The notes: generated by a model from the sequence alone, not told the origin. A stretch of 63,473 bases of DNA from Selaginella moellendorffii (GCF_000143415.4 NW_003314294.1:1292416-1355888); one strand, 5' to 3'; positions 38,801-53,282 are shown, numbered from the stretch's first letter. Made by a program: numbers and translations.

Positions 38801-41098
38801 TGGCTGTTCTAAAGTTCTCTACTCTGAAGTGTATGAATGATATACAACACTTCTTAAGAAAGGTGCAGTATCTCAATTGTTTTGTGGATCATCTTTCTAA
38901 TCACATTGCACTGTTGTGAGCATTGTTGAAGTCATCAACGTCATCTTTCATCTAGTCTCCGGATTATGAGTAGGCATTCGTGAATCTTAAAGAGCTATTG
39001 ATGACTCCTTTAGTTTTGGCATATCCTAACTACACTTGACTTTTTATTTTGCACGTGGATGCTTCTGATATTGGTTTTGGAGGTGTGTTGATGCCAGAGA
39101 GCTTGAGTTTGCTTGGTCAACACCATCCTATTGCGAATATAAACTATACATTACAACTAGCAGAAGTGAACTACTTCACAACAAAGAATGAGTGTTTAGC
39201 AGTAGTTTGGGGTTTTGAGAAACTTCATGCATATCTATATGGTTCTTGGACGTTACTTGAAAGTGATCATACTGCCATTACTTCATTATTGATAGTTGGT
39301 TGTATTGCTTGGTGGGCTTTGAAGCTTTAGATATATGATTTGTATATTGTTCATTGCCCAGGGAGTTCTATGGCTGATGCTAATGCCCTTTTTTGAGCTC
39401 TTCTTTCTTCTTTACTCTCTTCTCATGTTTCTAACAAGCCTATTATTCTGGCATCTGTGGATTTTCTAGGCAAGGATTTTGTGCTGTCGGTGGTTGCTGT
39501 ACTTGACATTCAGTGTCTACAAGGTGTAGAGCAAGATCTACCTTTTCTTGATGAGGTTCGTGAGGCTCAAAAACTTGAGCCATGGATTTGAAGGCTTTGA
39601 AATGGGTTTAAGAATCTTGCATTACTTACTGATGATTTGCCATTCCAGCATTTGCATTCTTAGTATTACCTTGAAAATGGCCTTCTTTATTTTGTAGGGA
39701 CAGATCCTGATGATCCTTTATGGCTGGTGGTGCCTTCTATCTTTATTCCATGGTTTTTCCATACCTATCATGATTCTCCTATTCTAGACGCACATATGGG
39801 ATATCGTCATATGACTGAGAAGCTGCGTAGGTTTTTTCTATTAGCCGGAGATGCGACATGATGTTATCCAGTATGTGTGTAACTACGTTTGGTGCCAAGC
39901 TCATAATACTCCCCCCTCAGTGCTGCAAAAGGACGGTTGGAGTCAATTGCAATTTCCTGTCCATTTGAGTTAGTGGTGTTCGACCTTATGGGACCTTTTC
40001 CATGATCGACTATTGGCAACGAATATGTTATTATTACTTTTAACTATTTAACTCATTGGGTGGAAGTTGGTGCTCTTGCTAGTGCCTCTACAACTACTAC
40101 TAGATATTTCCCCCTTAATTGAGTGGTGTTTTAGCATTCTTGTCCGGAGCAAATTCTTTCGAATAATGGTCTTGTATTTATGGTTGAGGCATTTCATGTT
40201 TTGATGTCTTGGTTAGGGATACGCCACACTTTCACGAGTGTTTATCATCCACAATCAAACGGTTTGGTAAAACGGCTCGTTCAGATATTCAAACAAATGA
40301 TCATGAAGTACATAAACTTTCAACATTCAGATTGGGATGATTATTTATTATTTATTCGGTATGCATATGTCACAAGGGTGTAGAGTTTTGTTGGTGCTTC
40401 ACCATATAAACTTCTATATAGTCATGATCCAATATTATCAACGGACTTGGGTTTACCTTCGCGATTGCCACGAGCTGCCGATGCTAGGTCATGGGATCAA
40501 TATTTGACAAGCATTCTTCCACTTGTTTGAGTAAACTCTACTGAACACTTAGGCTACATACAAGTGGGACAACAACGGCACTACAACTCCCATCATCGTC
40601 CACTTGCAAAGTACAAAGTGGATGACTTGGTGTTAGTCCATTTTCCCTATCTTATGGTATGTGGTTTATCTAAGGGGCTCTTTGCTCAGTGGAAAGGACT
40701 GTATTGGGTGTTACAGCAAGTTGGACCATAAGTTTATGAGGTTCGGCATGATGTCGAGCAAACCGATCTTCCAGAAATTGTGCATATACAACAGTTGAAA
40801 TGCTTCATACAAAGGGATCATAAACAGTTGATACTGCCTACAAATCCGCCAATGCCTCCTCCTGACATTCCTTCAGATCCCAGCCCATCTACAAGAGAAC
40901 CATGATGGTCTTCCATTATTTCAAGAGGAGGGGATGATGTGAGGTCCAAGTGTATAGCTACGATGCCATATACTAATATTAATGTAATGGGATTTTGGTA
41001 GCCGTTGGATTGGTTTCAATCTGAACCATTCACTCCTATATATAAATTAGGGTTTTGGGGCTAATTGATATGCACATTTTTTGTATTCCCTTTCCACA
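32900..41098 (+). mobile_element. Degenerate Ty3/gypsy family E copy (RT-RH-INT-PPT-3' LTR 40938-41098), split by element D
   Basis: FRTPFGLYEFLVMPF, HVDASDIG, ECLAVVW, YHPQSNGLV; PPT AAGAGGAGGGG at 40923; the RT resumes after D's TSD. Confidence 0.8.
33195..38749 (+). mobile_element. Chromovirus element D (Tcn1-like), full length but degenerate
   Basis: LTRs 33195-33567 and 38391-38749 (TGTCAGG...CA); TSD TTATG on both sides; PPT GAGGAGGGGG. Gag, ALLDSGA protease, RT ([17 protein letters not shown]), RNase H, integrase and chromodomain (EYEVQDIL) with many stops. Confidence 0.95.
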
Positions 41099-41238
41099 TT
41101 CTAAGCACTCATAGGGGATATTATTCCTTATCATGAAGTGATAGTGTTTGTGTGTTTGTAATTCATTATATATTTATACATATATTTTTATTAAACTACC
41201 ATGCTATAGTGCTTTTCTCAAAATAAATAAATAAATAT

Positions 41239-41420
41239 AGTGAGGTCCAAGTGTATGGATACAATACCATATATTAATACTAATATAGTGGGATTTTGGT
41301 AGCTGTTAGATTAGTTTCAATGTAAACTATTCACTTCTGTATATAAACTAGAGTTTTTGGGCTAATTAATATGTATATTTCTGTATTTCATTTTTATATC
41401 ACATTGGTGGAGGTGAGGGG
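41239..41420 (+). mobile_element. Second family E LTR (41239-41403) followed by a tRNA-Ala-like PBS
   Basis: Repeat of 40938-41098; TGGTGGAGGTG at 41405. Confidence 0.65.
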
Positions 41421-43211
41421 GAACTTTGATTACCTTTGAGGAGTGCTGTGATTTGGGATTTTAGTTTAGATTTAACTTTTATATTGTCTATATCTTCCTT
41501 TTCTTATAACTTTTTTCAATTTCTTCTTTTTTAATCTTTCCCTCCTTTGACTTTGGAGCAATAGTTAGTGCAATTGCTTGATGCTATAAAATTGTAATTG
41601 AACAATCAGAATCAATTGATGGTGGCATTCATGATGTGTGGTACAACTCTTCTTGTTTTTGTTATTAATCCTTGAGTCCAGCTGAAATTCTTCAATGGGA
41701 ATCCTAAAGATGATGTGTACCATTGATTCAATCACTTCACAGTAATTGCCATATATCATTCTTGGGATGATACTTGGTGTTTGTGTGAATTTCCCACGTG
41801 TTTCCAAGGGACAACATTCCAATAGTATAATGGTGCAGCCACTCATGCAGATTATAATGGTGTAACCACTTATGAAGATTAGAGCATTCTCCTGAATGTC
41901 TTTAAATGCATTTTTAGACATACCGATGATTGTGATGATGCCTTTCAACAATTCTATTGTCTTTGTCAAAGGCCATTTATGTCCATGATGCAATTGGCAT
42001 TTGTTTTCAAAGCTTCTTACTTCGTGTGGAGCCAAATATGCCAAAGCAGATCAAGTTGGGAATTTTGTAGCTACTACTTTGTCAAGATCTTGTAAAACTT
42101 ATACATGCATTTACTCTAACCACCCTTAATGATGCTCTTCACTTGGCATAATGTTATGAGATGTCACCCCTTCCCCTTCTTGCTGCATGTCCTTTTAACT
42201 CCACTTTTTGTAAGAGATGGTCTTGTTCTAATGGAAGTTGATACTGCTATTACCTGAGTTCAAGGTCAAGGGCAAAGACATAGTCGTGGCTGTGATATCC
42301 ATTGTTAGGCATATGATGAAGTTAATTACACTTATTGGTAATATCAATATTTTCCAAATTGGCAACCTCTATTTTCTAGTTAGAGACCTTGGTATCAACA
42401 ACATTCTAATGGTGTTGTTATAGTAAAAGGTCTGGACATTGAGATGCTTCTGGGAAATGATGAGTCGTGTGAGTAGTAGAGGGTCTTTATGTGAAAAAGT
42501 CAATGACCCCTCCATTTTTTTTTCTTGAGTATTATCAAGGGTTCACTTGGCACTAATTCATCTAGTGTTTACTTTCCAAGTTCATTTTTTTAACAAAAGA
42601 TCCCCTATTATTCTTTCTATATTAGTTGATATAGGCTTGAGTTTATTTTTTATTTCTTGGCCTGTTACCACATGTTGCTATCTACATTTGTGTTATGTAG
42701 TAGAGTCAATTTTCATTTTATATAGCAATGGCCATACACACCCATGTGTATAGGATGAGGCAAACCTAATTATGCATATGAGTGATCTCAAGCTTGAGTT
42801 GTAGTCATTGTGGGTGATGTCAAGTTAAGCTTTTGACCTCATTTTTAGTATGGATTGGTTGTGATGAAATCACGTTAAATATGACTTTAATGCTTCTTCC
42901 CCTTGTCTCATACTTATATTTCTTCCATTTCTTTCACTTATATTCCTCTCCATCCCTTTGTTTCTACCTCTATTTCCATCACTTTTCTCTTTCTATTTTT
43001 TCCTTTTATGTTTCCATCTTGTTCCTTTATTCCCTTTTTCGATCTTTCTGACAGTCTTTATGTTGTAGTGGTTCACTAGTTTATAAAAAGAGTATGCCGA
43101 TCTCTTGAATTTGACATATCATTTGAGGCTAAGATTGCAACACGTCATCTTATTCCAATTGGGAATGCTCATCTAGTCAAAGTTCTTATTTGTCGTTAGT
43201 CACTAAAAGAG

Positions 43212-46200
43212 TGTAAGCCACAAGTTTTTCCTTTCCAATCTGCCTTGGCTTTTGCTAAGTTCCTTTGCCAAGGTTCTCGCCTATGGTATCAGCTCCTACT
43301 TGGTCTCAACTACTTACTGCACGAGCAACAGAGTGTTAGCCATCCATCCACGGATTCCCAAATCACTCCCAATCCCCCTCCCCGGGTTAGACTGGACTTA
43401 AGGTTCGGCTACACTCCCCGCAAGCACAAGCAACCAAGCACACCAAGCTTCCAGGTTCCTAACATCCCTTGGTACCACGAGACTTGATCATGGGACCCTC
43501 TAAATCCCAAGTCTTGAGTGCAACACTTGCTTCGGGATGCCGGGGCAAAACATCGTGGCCTAGCGGCCAGGTATGGGTACCTCTACCCCCCCACTTCCAT
43601 CCCGAAGGAAGGCCCAAGCCCCTAGGCAAGGCGAGGACCAATGAGCCGCATGGTACTCAAGTGGGGCACCACTCCACCTGAGCCGGGAGCACCGCAATCA
43701 GTTTCCTTTTCAGGAGTGGGAGCTGCTCTTGAGCACTTCCTTGGATGGCCCCTCCGGCACTAACCAAGTCCATGCTCACTCCCACCCAAGGCCCGTCGGT
43801 CCCAGTCTCAACCTCAAGTTGGTTTGGAAGCCCCACTAGAGAGTCCCTTCAAAACTGGTTTGTAGACCTCACTATCCCTATTATACTTTTGGAACCCCCT
43901 GCACCCCCCCCCCCCCCCCCTGGGGAGACGCACGCTTTGGGCTTTCACCCCTTGACCCGTATTAGTATTTGGACTTAGTCTCTGGCTCGATCTCGGACCC
44001 GATTTCGGATCCGACTTCGGATTCGGTCTCAGACTCGATCTCGGACTCGATTTTGGACCCAATCTCGGACCCGACCTCGGACTCGACCTCGGACTCGGTC
44101 TCGGACCCGATTTCGGATCTCGGACGCCGTCTCGAACTCGGTCTCGAACTCGGACTCGAACTCGGTCCCCGAGTCGGTCTCGGACTCGATTCCAGACCCT
44201 ATCTCGAACTCGCTCCTAGAGTCGGTCTTGGACTCGATCTTCGACTTGGTCCCATCCGATGAACTCTTTGTCATTTTGGTCATGCTTTCGGGGTTCCTTT
44301 AGCCTACGACACCTCGGCAAGTTGGTTCCTTACAACTCCACCACCCATAAAAGAAGTTCGATGCCCACATCGAACGTCTCATTTTATCCTACGACTTGTT
44401 GACCATGTCTCCAGGGGCATCCCCCCACTTAGCAGTGTGCCTAAGTTAGCCTCCCCAGCCAATAGCCCATGACAAAGGAATATAGGTGTCCCTATACTCC
44501 TCACCTCACCACGCCCTAGTATGGGGTCGGGACTTGAACCCAGCCTTGCTTTACTAGGGGGTTGGGACTCAAACCCAACCTCCGTAGAATACGTCTACGG
44601 ATTTGACATCCCCGCAGGGAGTCGGGTGTAGCTCCCTACGCCTGGTCGACTTAGCTAACCCATGCTAATTAGCTTACCTTCGGCGCGCCTTCGGGTCCCA
44701 ATATATGCCATTGCTCAACTTCTCAAATTGATACTTTTAATTGAACTTTGCATAAGTACATAGAGTTCTGCCATACAGAAATTCCTCCACTAGATCTCAC
44801 GCGTTCGCTAGGTTCTCCTCCGGTTCCCATGTTGCTTCGCAGTGTGGGAATCCTTTCCACTTCACATGGAACTCTCTCACCTCGTGTCCTTGTCGCTTGC
44901 CCTTGCGCGCATTGAGGATGGCCTCGACTTTGTATTCCTCCTCCCCTTGGATAACCTCAGGTAAAGGTCTTACTTGGTCCTTGCGAAGCGAATCCTCAAA
45001 ATACGGCTTGAGTAAGTTCACGTGGAACACGGGATGCATCTTCCCCATCTCTCGAGGAAGTCGGAGACAGTAAGCCACTTTACCGATTCGAGCCTCAATC
45101 TCGTAAGGCCCCGCGAACCTGCTTAAGGAACTCAAGATCAATTCATTTAACGGAATACATGCATTTTTACCTTTGGGTCAACTTCTGGCTGATCCCACTT
45201 GGTAGCCTGAGGTTCTTGGTGTTCAGCCACACCTTCTCCCCGGCTTGGAACTCCATATCCCAACGCTTTTGGTTCGCGTACTTAGTTTGCCTTTGTTGAG
45301 CCCGTTCCAAGGAATCCCTCACTAGATTCCAAATGTTGAGTCTTTCCGCCGTGAATGCCTCCACTGCAGGTAACTCTCCATGATACTCGGCCACGCTGAG
45401 TTCCACAGGACCTTCAATAGCTCGCCTATTGATGACTTCCCATGGACTTACCCCGATGCTCGAATGTGGTGAGTTGTTATAACACATTTCCGCAAATCCC
45501 AAATGATTTACCCAGTCGGTCTAGTCTCCCGAGACATAACACCGCAAATAATCTTCCAGCTGCCTATTCACCCTTTCCGTTTGTCCGTCTGTCAAGAAGT
45601 GTTAGTGCTATCAGTCTTGACTTAATACCCATTACCTATCTGTGGGTGATAGGCTGTGCTGAATTTCAACTTGGTGGGATACTGTTCTAGGAGTGTCCTC
45701 CAGAACCTACTGGTGAAGATTTTATCTCGATCTGAGATAATCTCTTCCGGCCTTCCCCGCACTCGAACCACTTGTTCGAAGAACAGTTTCGCCACACCTT
45801 CCGCATCCACTTCCGTTGTGGTGGGTATGAAATGTGCCATCTTTGAAAATCGGTCCACCACCACAAATATCGCATCGAACCCCTTGCTTGGGGGTAGTCC
45901 CGTGATGAAGTCCATCGTGAGACATTTCCACAGACGATCTGGAATGGGGATGCTTTGCAACAAGCCCCCACTAGCCTTCATCACGGCTTTGACTTGCTGA
46001 CATGTTGGACATGTCTTTACATAGTCTTGGACGTCCTTAGCCATATCAGGCCAGTGATACTTCCTTTTGAGTAAGCCCATTGTTTTGGGCACTCCGCCGT
46101 GTCCCACGAGAGGTCCGTCATGACACTCTTCCAAGGCTACCTTCCTTAGTTCCCCTTCTGGAACATACACCCTCATTTGCTTGTAATATATGAGTCCGTT

Positions 46201-48609
46201 GCGTTCCGCATAGCCCGTTTTCTCTTCCGTTGGCAGCTCACCTCTCTGGTGAGCTTCCCGCACCTCTAGATTCCTCAGCAACACTTCTTGTGCTAGACCA
46301 TCGTTCTCGTATGCAGTCCGCACATCATCCCAAAAGGTTGCTGTCGCGCTAGATATCGCCAACTTCAAGCTTGCTTTTCTACTTAGCGCATCTGCCACGA
46401 TGTTGCTCTTCCCAGGCTTGTACAGGATCTCGCAATCAAACTCGGCCAAAGTATTGGCCCACCAACCTTTTTTTCCCCTTAGGTCGGGTTGTGACAAGAA
46501 GTGTTTCGTTGCCACATTGTCCGTGTAAACTTTGAAGTGTCTCCCAAGGTAGTGTCGCCACTCCTTGAGCGCCTTAACCACTGCAAACAATTCCTTCTCA
46601 TGGGCATGCCACTTCTGTTGAGCCTTGTCCAACTTCTTCGAGAAGAATGCTACTGGATGGTTGTCCTGCTTCAAAACTGCGCCCAACGCAAAGTTTGAAA
46701 CATCTGTTTCTACCTCAAAGTCCTTACCAAAGTCTGGTAATGCCAACACGGGGGCCTTCCTCAACTTCCCTTTGAGGTGGACGAATGCCGCCTCGCATTC
46801 CGCTGTCCATACCATCTTCCCTTTTCCCATTTGGTCTGTTAAGGGCAGGGCTACTCTCGAATAGTGTCTGATAAACTTTCGATAGTAGTTGCATAGCCCC
46901 AAGAATGCCCTTAACTCATGTACATTCGATGGTCGCTCCCAATCCTGGATCGCTTGGACCTTCTCAGGGTCCACCTTGAGCCCGTCCTTGCCCACTACAT
47001 GCCCGAGAAACTTTACCTCTTGTTGAGCAAAGTCACATTTTCTCTCTTTAGCATACAGCTGGTGTTCCCTTAGTTTCTCAAACACCTTCGTCAAGTGTTT
47101 GGCATGCTCCTCTAGCGTTTTGCTATAGATCAGGATGTCGTCAATATAGACGACCACAAAGTGATCCAGATAGGGTACAAAGATATGGTTCATCAATGCC
47201 GAAAACGTTGCCGGCGCATTGCATAGTCTGAAGGGTATCACCAGAAACTCAAAGCTCCCATACCTCGTTCGACAGGTTGTCTTCTCGACATCTTCCTCCG
47301 CTACCCTGATCTGGTAGTATCCTAACCTTAGGTCAATTCTCGAGAAGTATTTTGCCTTTCCCAACCTATCGAATAGGTCCTCAATCCTTGGCAAAGGGTA
47401 CTTATTCTTTTTTGTATACTTGTTGAGCAACCGGTAGTCTATGCACATGCGCATAAACCCATCTTTCTTTTTCACAAATAGCACCGGTGCCCCATACGAC
47501 GATTTGCTCAACCTAACATACCCTTTGTCCACCAACTCCTCTAGTTGGCGTTTGAGCTCCGCGAGTTCTTTTTTGTTCAAACGATAGGGTGGACGAACCA
47601 CCGCCTTAGCACCCTCTACCAGCTCAATCTTATGTTCTATCGGTCGTGCGGGGGTCAACCCCGCCGGTAGCTCCTCCGGCATGGTATCCTGGAATTGGTC
47701 CAACACCCGCTAGATCACTAAAGATACTTCTTCCGTTCTTGTCTTTTTGTCACTCTTCACCAAGAGTAAGCACAAAAAGGCTGCCTTAGTTCCTTTAGTG
47801 AGTTGTCCTCTCGAGGACACCAGGTTTAAGCAGGATTCTTTGACCTTGCTTTGCCCTACCTTTAGATCCTGGGCCTCCACCCTAGATCTTCTTCCTTGGG
47901 CATTCGCCAGTACCACAAGGTTTCTACCTTATCCATGTAGGGCTACCACGAACCGATTGAACCAATCCATTCCGAAGATCACGTCAAATCCCGCCATGTC
48001 CAACACGGTGAAATCCATATCTACTTTCCATGTCCCTACTTCGACTCTCGCTTGTCGAAGTACCTCATCAGTGCTTTGGCTACCTTGAACAAACTCTATA
48101 GTCCTTGGTTCGCCTAGCCGCTGCACCGTTAGTCCGACTTGCTAGACTATGTCTGCAGCCACAAAATTATCTGAAGCACCTGTGTCAATAAGGATCTTAA
48201 CAAAGCTACCTTCGAGCTTCCCTCGGAGGGCTAGTAGATGTCGCGAACGACTCTCTACCAAAGTTGCTCGTGTAATGAGCAACTTTGAGTTAAGGACTGG
48301 ATCACATACCTTAGTTTGGACTTCACCCGACTTGATGGCCATATTGGCTTTGGCCTTCTTCGGGTAGGGACATTCCCTCGAGAAGTGTCCCGCTTCACCG
48401 CAGTTGTAGCATACGTTGTTTCCCACGCTGCTATATGACTTGACCTTCTTATCCGTGGGTTTGTCTCTTTTCGCTTGACTCCCCCACGTACTCGCTCGCT
48501 GGCCACCGGATTTGCCTTTCCGCAACCCCGAGGACTCATTCTTAGAGAAACTCTTCTTGAATTTCCCCCTGCTATACGTTCCCCTTGGTTTAGCCCCTTT
48601 GCTAAACAT
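43212..48609 (-). mobile_element. Chromovirus element C (same family as B): 3' LTR 43212-44334; pol and gag C-terminus; 5' end cut at the DNA transposon TIR
   Basis: LTR nearly identical to B. CCHC knuckle (CYNCGEAGHFSREC), LIDTGA protease, YIDD RT, RNase H and integrase are all in one frame, with in-frame stops at 48142, 47929 and 47710. Introns at 45635-45589 and 45170-45119. Confidence 0.95.
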
Positions 48610-50214
48610 GCTCTATTTCGTTAAAGTGGGATTTATTCAGTAAAATGGGACTAGGTACAAATTTTCAAGTATTTGAAAATGACGTGAAATTATATGTTTT
48701 TTGTCCAGGGGCTAGACATATCTGGGGCATGGTGACTAGCGCGGTGACTTTGTGTCCAGACTGAGTCCATCTGGTTGTATAATAAATCTCATAGCCGAAT
48801 CTGAAGCTAAAGAAGAGCGATGGCATGCACGCACACACTATTTGTTTGTTCATTGAGTGTGTGGTGAGCTTTCCAAGATGAACGTCATTTCTATTAGCCA
48901 GACATATAACTTAATGGTGAGAACATTTAGATATTATTCAATGTTATCTTTTTCTAACGAATCTAATTGTGAAGGTGTAGCAAGAAGCATTGCTAGTCTG
49001 GAGAAGTCATTTAACTCATTTGACCCTTAGTGTATTTTCATGAAACTAAATAACATTCATATTATTAAGGAATTTCTCTAGTACCTTTTTTTTACGACAT
49101 AGAGGCTTGCATTTCTTTCAAAGGTGATTTAGTAAAAGGCCTGAGGGCACATGCCATTCTATTTCTCATACCGGTATTAAGATATACTAGTGTAAAGGGA
49201 AAAAGGTATTTGGTGATCAAGTAAATGGCATGAGGGCACACGCCATTATAAGCCTAAGCGCTAGTGGACACCTCCTTTTTGGTACTCTCAGCGGTACTAT
49301 CATCCTTCTCCGGGTCAGTTGTTTTGCTTTGGATTGTTGTCTCTGACGTTACTGGGGCGTTCTCGATAGTTGTTAATGTTGCCGTTTGTTCAGAAAAATG
49401 ATCACCTGGAGTATAGTACGGGGAGTTTGGAACACTTATATATTCTACATTTTCACCTATCTCCTTCTCCGTCTCCTTTTCTGCCTCACTTACAGATTTT
49501 GTGCTTGCCATGAGAACGCTCTTCACCCTAAAATATGGAGTTCGTTGTGTTATAAAAGGAAACTAACACACACGCTGCAAGGGAATGATGGTACATAAAG
49601 CACGTAAGCCCACAATATGGGTTTATGTGCCATTAATATGGGCCACATGCCATATTATTAGATTTATGCACGTGTGATTGGTAAATGCATATGTCACATC
49701 ATCTTTGTTTTACCTCACACACTATATCAGGCCTAATAAACCATATCACATGTGCGCACATGCTATATATATGGAGAAGTATTATGCAAGGATAGAAAAA
49801 TTCAATGCATGATTGTGGAGAGCAATGGCATAAAGCCACATGCTAAATAACATTTTAAAGAAAGAATTAAAATAAAAACATGCAAACAATACTGAGTGGA
49901 CCAAGACTTAGAAGTGCACAATTGAATGAGGTATTTCTAATAAATATTTCACTCACCTCATATAGGAATGGCTACCACTCTCAAATGGCGTATCACCTCA
50001 TGCCATCACCTCGCAATTTGTTATAACAATCCGATGAATTCATATTCGGCTTGTTCACCTTGAACTTTAAGTAAGATTTGCTAGAACAACTAAGAATTTA
50101 TACTTGTTATTTGTATCATCTCACCTAGGAATGGCGTGCCATCACGCCTCCTCTGATTCAGATTCGGATTGTTCACCTTGAAATAAAATACATTAGAAAC
50201 TTAGTAAAGGAATA

Positions 50215-53200
50215 TTAATGAATCTCACCTTGAACCCGGGTTATGAATGCTCTTGCTGCATCTCTTGCATGGTCTGGCAAGGTGATGGTGGCACTCTGCT
50301 TCCGCATCCAACCATGCACAACATTATCCACCGATATGCTCATGCTGGGATCCCTTGGATTCAGCACCCATCTCTTTTCTAGGCAATCCTTCGTATATCC
50401 GGAACTTGGCTTGAACCACTCCACAGTTACATTGAAGGAGTTAGTTTCCGCATCCTCCTCTGCATCAGTGATGCAGCGCCCCACCCATATGATTTGTTTT
50501 TTATTACTGGGTCTGACAAGCACGACCATTCCTTTGCAGACCTGTACTGGATTGAATGCTGAATCCGGCTTCTTGTTCCTTGGCCCACAATAGTGATCCT
50601 CAACATCATTATCTGTCACTACATTTCCAGAGGACATTGTTCCGCTACTATCTAGTGCTCTGGGTTCTGGCCAAAAGGACTCTTCCAATTCTTCATATAC
50701 AACCAGCCCATTTTGGATAGCAGATATAATCTTCTCCCAGTATTCGATCAAAGGCTTATACCTCTAAAAATAGGATTCTCCACCAAACACCAACCCCCTC
50801 TTCCAGAAGGCAATATGCTGTCTAATCCCGGCCACTATACTTTCCTGGTCTTTGAGTCCATCCGGGTGCATCGGCCGTGGGGAACCCTGAGGAATCATAG
50901 GTTCCCCAGTTATGGGATCTCTCTTGAAGAGTTCAATGCCGTCCACTGGGAGCCACACTGTGTCCCATTCTCTCATCTTGTACCTCATCACTGGAGCACC
51001 GTCACGCATGCTGAAATGAAACTGAAGAGGCTTGGAGTGGCCAATCAGCGTTTCGGATCCATCCCTGATGTAGCCTTTTACAAACCCCTTAAAGTCTAGA
51101 ACCTCTGTCACAAGTGCAGCTTCAACAGTGCCTTTGATGCAATTTTGGAATTCATCGTAGAGTTGTGGGAGGGTGAGGACATTGGATCGCCGGAGGGACT
51201 TTGCCAGGTGACTGAACATGGCATCGACGTCTTCATGAGTGTGCCCAACCATGAGAAAGCCAAGTGTAACCGTTTCAAATATGCCTTTGGCAACAAGCAT
51301 CGCCAAGTACGCGAAGACGTACATGTTTTTGTTCTCACTGCCAGCATTGTCTGTTTGGAGCAGAAGATGGGGTGGAAGGCCACATCAGCCGCAAGAACTT
51401 CCTTGAGATTCTGCTTCGTTTGGATGAGGCTGTGCATTCACCGGGCGACCAGCCTCGTCGGAATGGCATGAGGCCTCACGTGATAACCCTACAATCTGAC
51501 GGCCAACATATTCACTGGGATGGCATGGGGCCCCACGCGATACTGCAAGCCTTTGCTCCTCCTCCAGCTGAACCCTGTATGGGGTTCGATCGACAAGGGC
51601 CTTATGCAAGGGTTGGCCGTTCAGCTCAGTTTGCGCACTTTGTAGAGACCTTAAGTGTTTTGCTAGGGACGCAATCATCATGTTTGCACCCCGCCACCCC
51701 ATAGAGGTACAAAGAAGTTCCCATAGTTCTGGGCACCATGCCCATGAGCGATTATGCCAAACAGAGACACAGGCAGCTGCATGGATGAAGAGATTGCCTT
51801 GGGGGCAGGATTGAGTCGAGGTAAGCACGTCTTTTTCTGGTCCATTTTGTCGTGGATGATGCAGAGGTAAGAGTCAGGTCTCTCCATGGAGAGAATCCTG
51901 TTATGATAATATGCAGTCCTACAGCTTCTCTGCTCGATGTTGTGGTCGAGCCGCCTTCTAACCAACGTCTCTCGCTCTTGAGCGCTGCAAAAATTCTTCG
52001 ACAAAGCCATTTTGATAGCAGTGCACTCTTCACACTTTGAAAAGCTGGAGTACTTTCCTATACTCACATCCCTGAACCTGTTGCTCCACAATCTACTAAA
52101 TCTAGATTGGCTCAGCTTCCTATAGCCATTACTTTGGAGTTCCCGATTCACATCTTCCAATATGGCCCCCTTGGTATACATGGAAGGGAGAACTTGTTGG
52201 GTGTCTCGAGTTCCATCTTCCAAGAGGCGGGTTTTATGTGGTTGCTGCTCGCTACATGTCTCGACAAACCTCTTGAAGATTGCCTCTCCATATACAACAT
52301 GACCCCTGGTTTTGTGAGTACCGTCGTTCCCATGGACTGCCTGTTGAACCCTTTGTTCCTCGAACTCAGTTTTGATTCTGTAGAATGTGGTTCGAGGGAC
52401 TCCATAAATGATTCTCCATGCTTTCATGCAGACCAAACCCCTCTGGAAGACCATGCCCCCCACCTGATGTTCTGAAGCATCAACAGATGACCGTAATGCC
52501 TCATACACAAAATTGCGAGCTGCCTTCCAGGACAATGTCTTGTATCTTGCTCTCTCCTCTTCAATAGCATCCCAATCAGCATGTTGACAGCGCCTCCTCT
52601 TGCAACAAGCAACTTTCGAGACCATTTGAACCTCCATCGCCATTTTCTGCCTTTTCGGTTCGTTGCTCAGATCCCTTTGGCTGCGCTTTAGGAAGGTGTA
52701 CTATCTTTTCCCATGAAGAGATGTTCTGTCATAAGTTGTAGTGGTGTTTGATTGTGAATCCTTCACATTCTCAAACACTAAGTGCCTCAATTTCCACTGC
52801 ACAATGCTTCCAATAGTTAGACTGTTTTCTTCTGTGTCAACAACCTCTAAAATCGCAACTCCAATATCATCCCAGCCCAATTCTTGATTAGCAACTGCAT
52901 CTTTTGGAATGACAACTGTGGCTAAGCCCTCAGCTACCACCTCCCCCTCGGGGTTGTTTAGAAACACCTTTGCCTGAATCCATGTAGCACGGTTCTTAAG
53001 ATCCACGGAGGGAACATGCGTCGCACTTGCGCTGTCCCCAACATCTGCTTTCTTCTGAAGATTTTTCAAGGCAACAACAACATTTACCCCGACGACCATC
53101 TTTCCTTGTTCAATAGCGACCACATTCCCATCGAAGACAGTCTCTACTGATACAGCAGCATTGCCTTCCCCAAGCCTTTGACAGTGTATAACAAAGTTCT

Positions 53201-53282
53201 GATCCATAGACACAAGGGTCCCTTTTGCAACTCTCTTCCCACCATTCAAAATGTAAACTTTTTCCCCAACTCTGAAGGCCAT
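50215..53282 (-). pseudogene. Sola-like DDD transposase with two N-terminal TNP1/En/Spm-like repeats and a C-terminal BAH-like domain; 3 in-frame stops and 1 frameshift
   Basis: FSKCEEC, IIHDKMDQKKT, LLQTDNAGSENKN, FLMVGHTHEDVDAMFS. ORFs 53282/52643 share one frame and 51828/51324/50751 share another, joined by a frameshift in the G-run near 51690. Confidence 0.8.

Noticed and set aside
41565-43200. 159-aa ORF and neighbouring short ORFs
   Set aside because: AT-rich, with no motif I recognise; probably a decayed retroelement.
47710-48144. In-frame stops between gag, protease and RT of element C as programmed readthrough
   Set aside because: Three scattered stops, each one C-to-T step from Gln codons, are better explained as decay.
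49254-49526. Ser/Thr/Glu-rich ORF near the left TIR
   Set aside because: It has an acceptor-like site but I cannot link it to a gene; low complexity.
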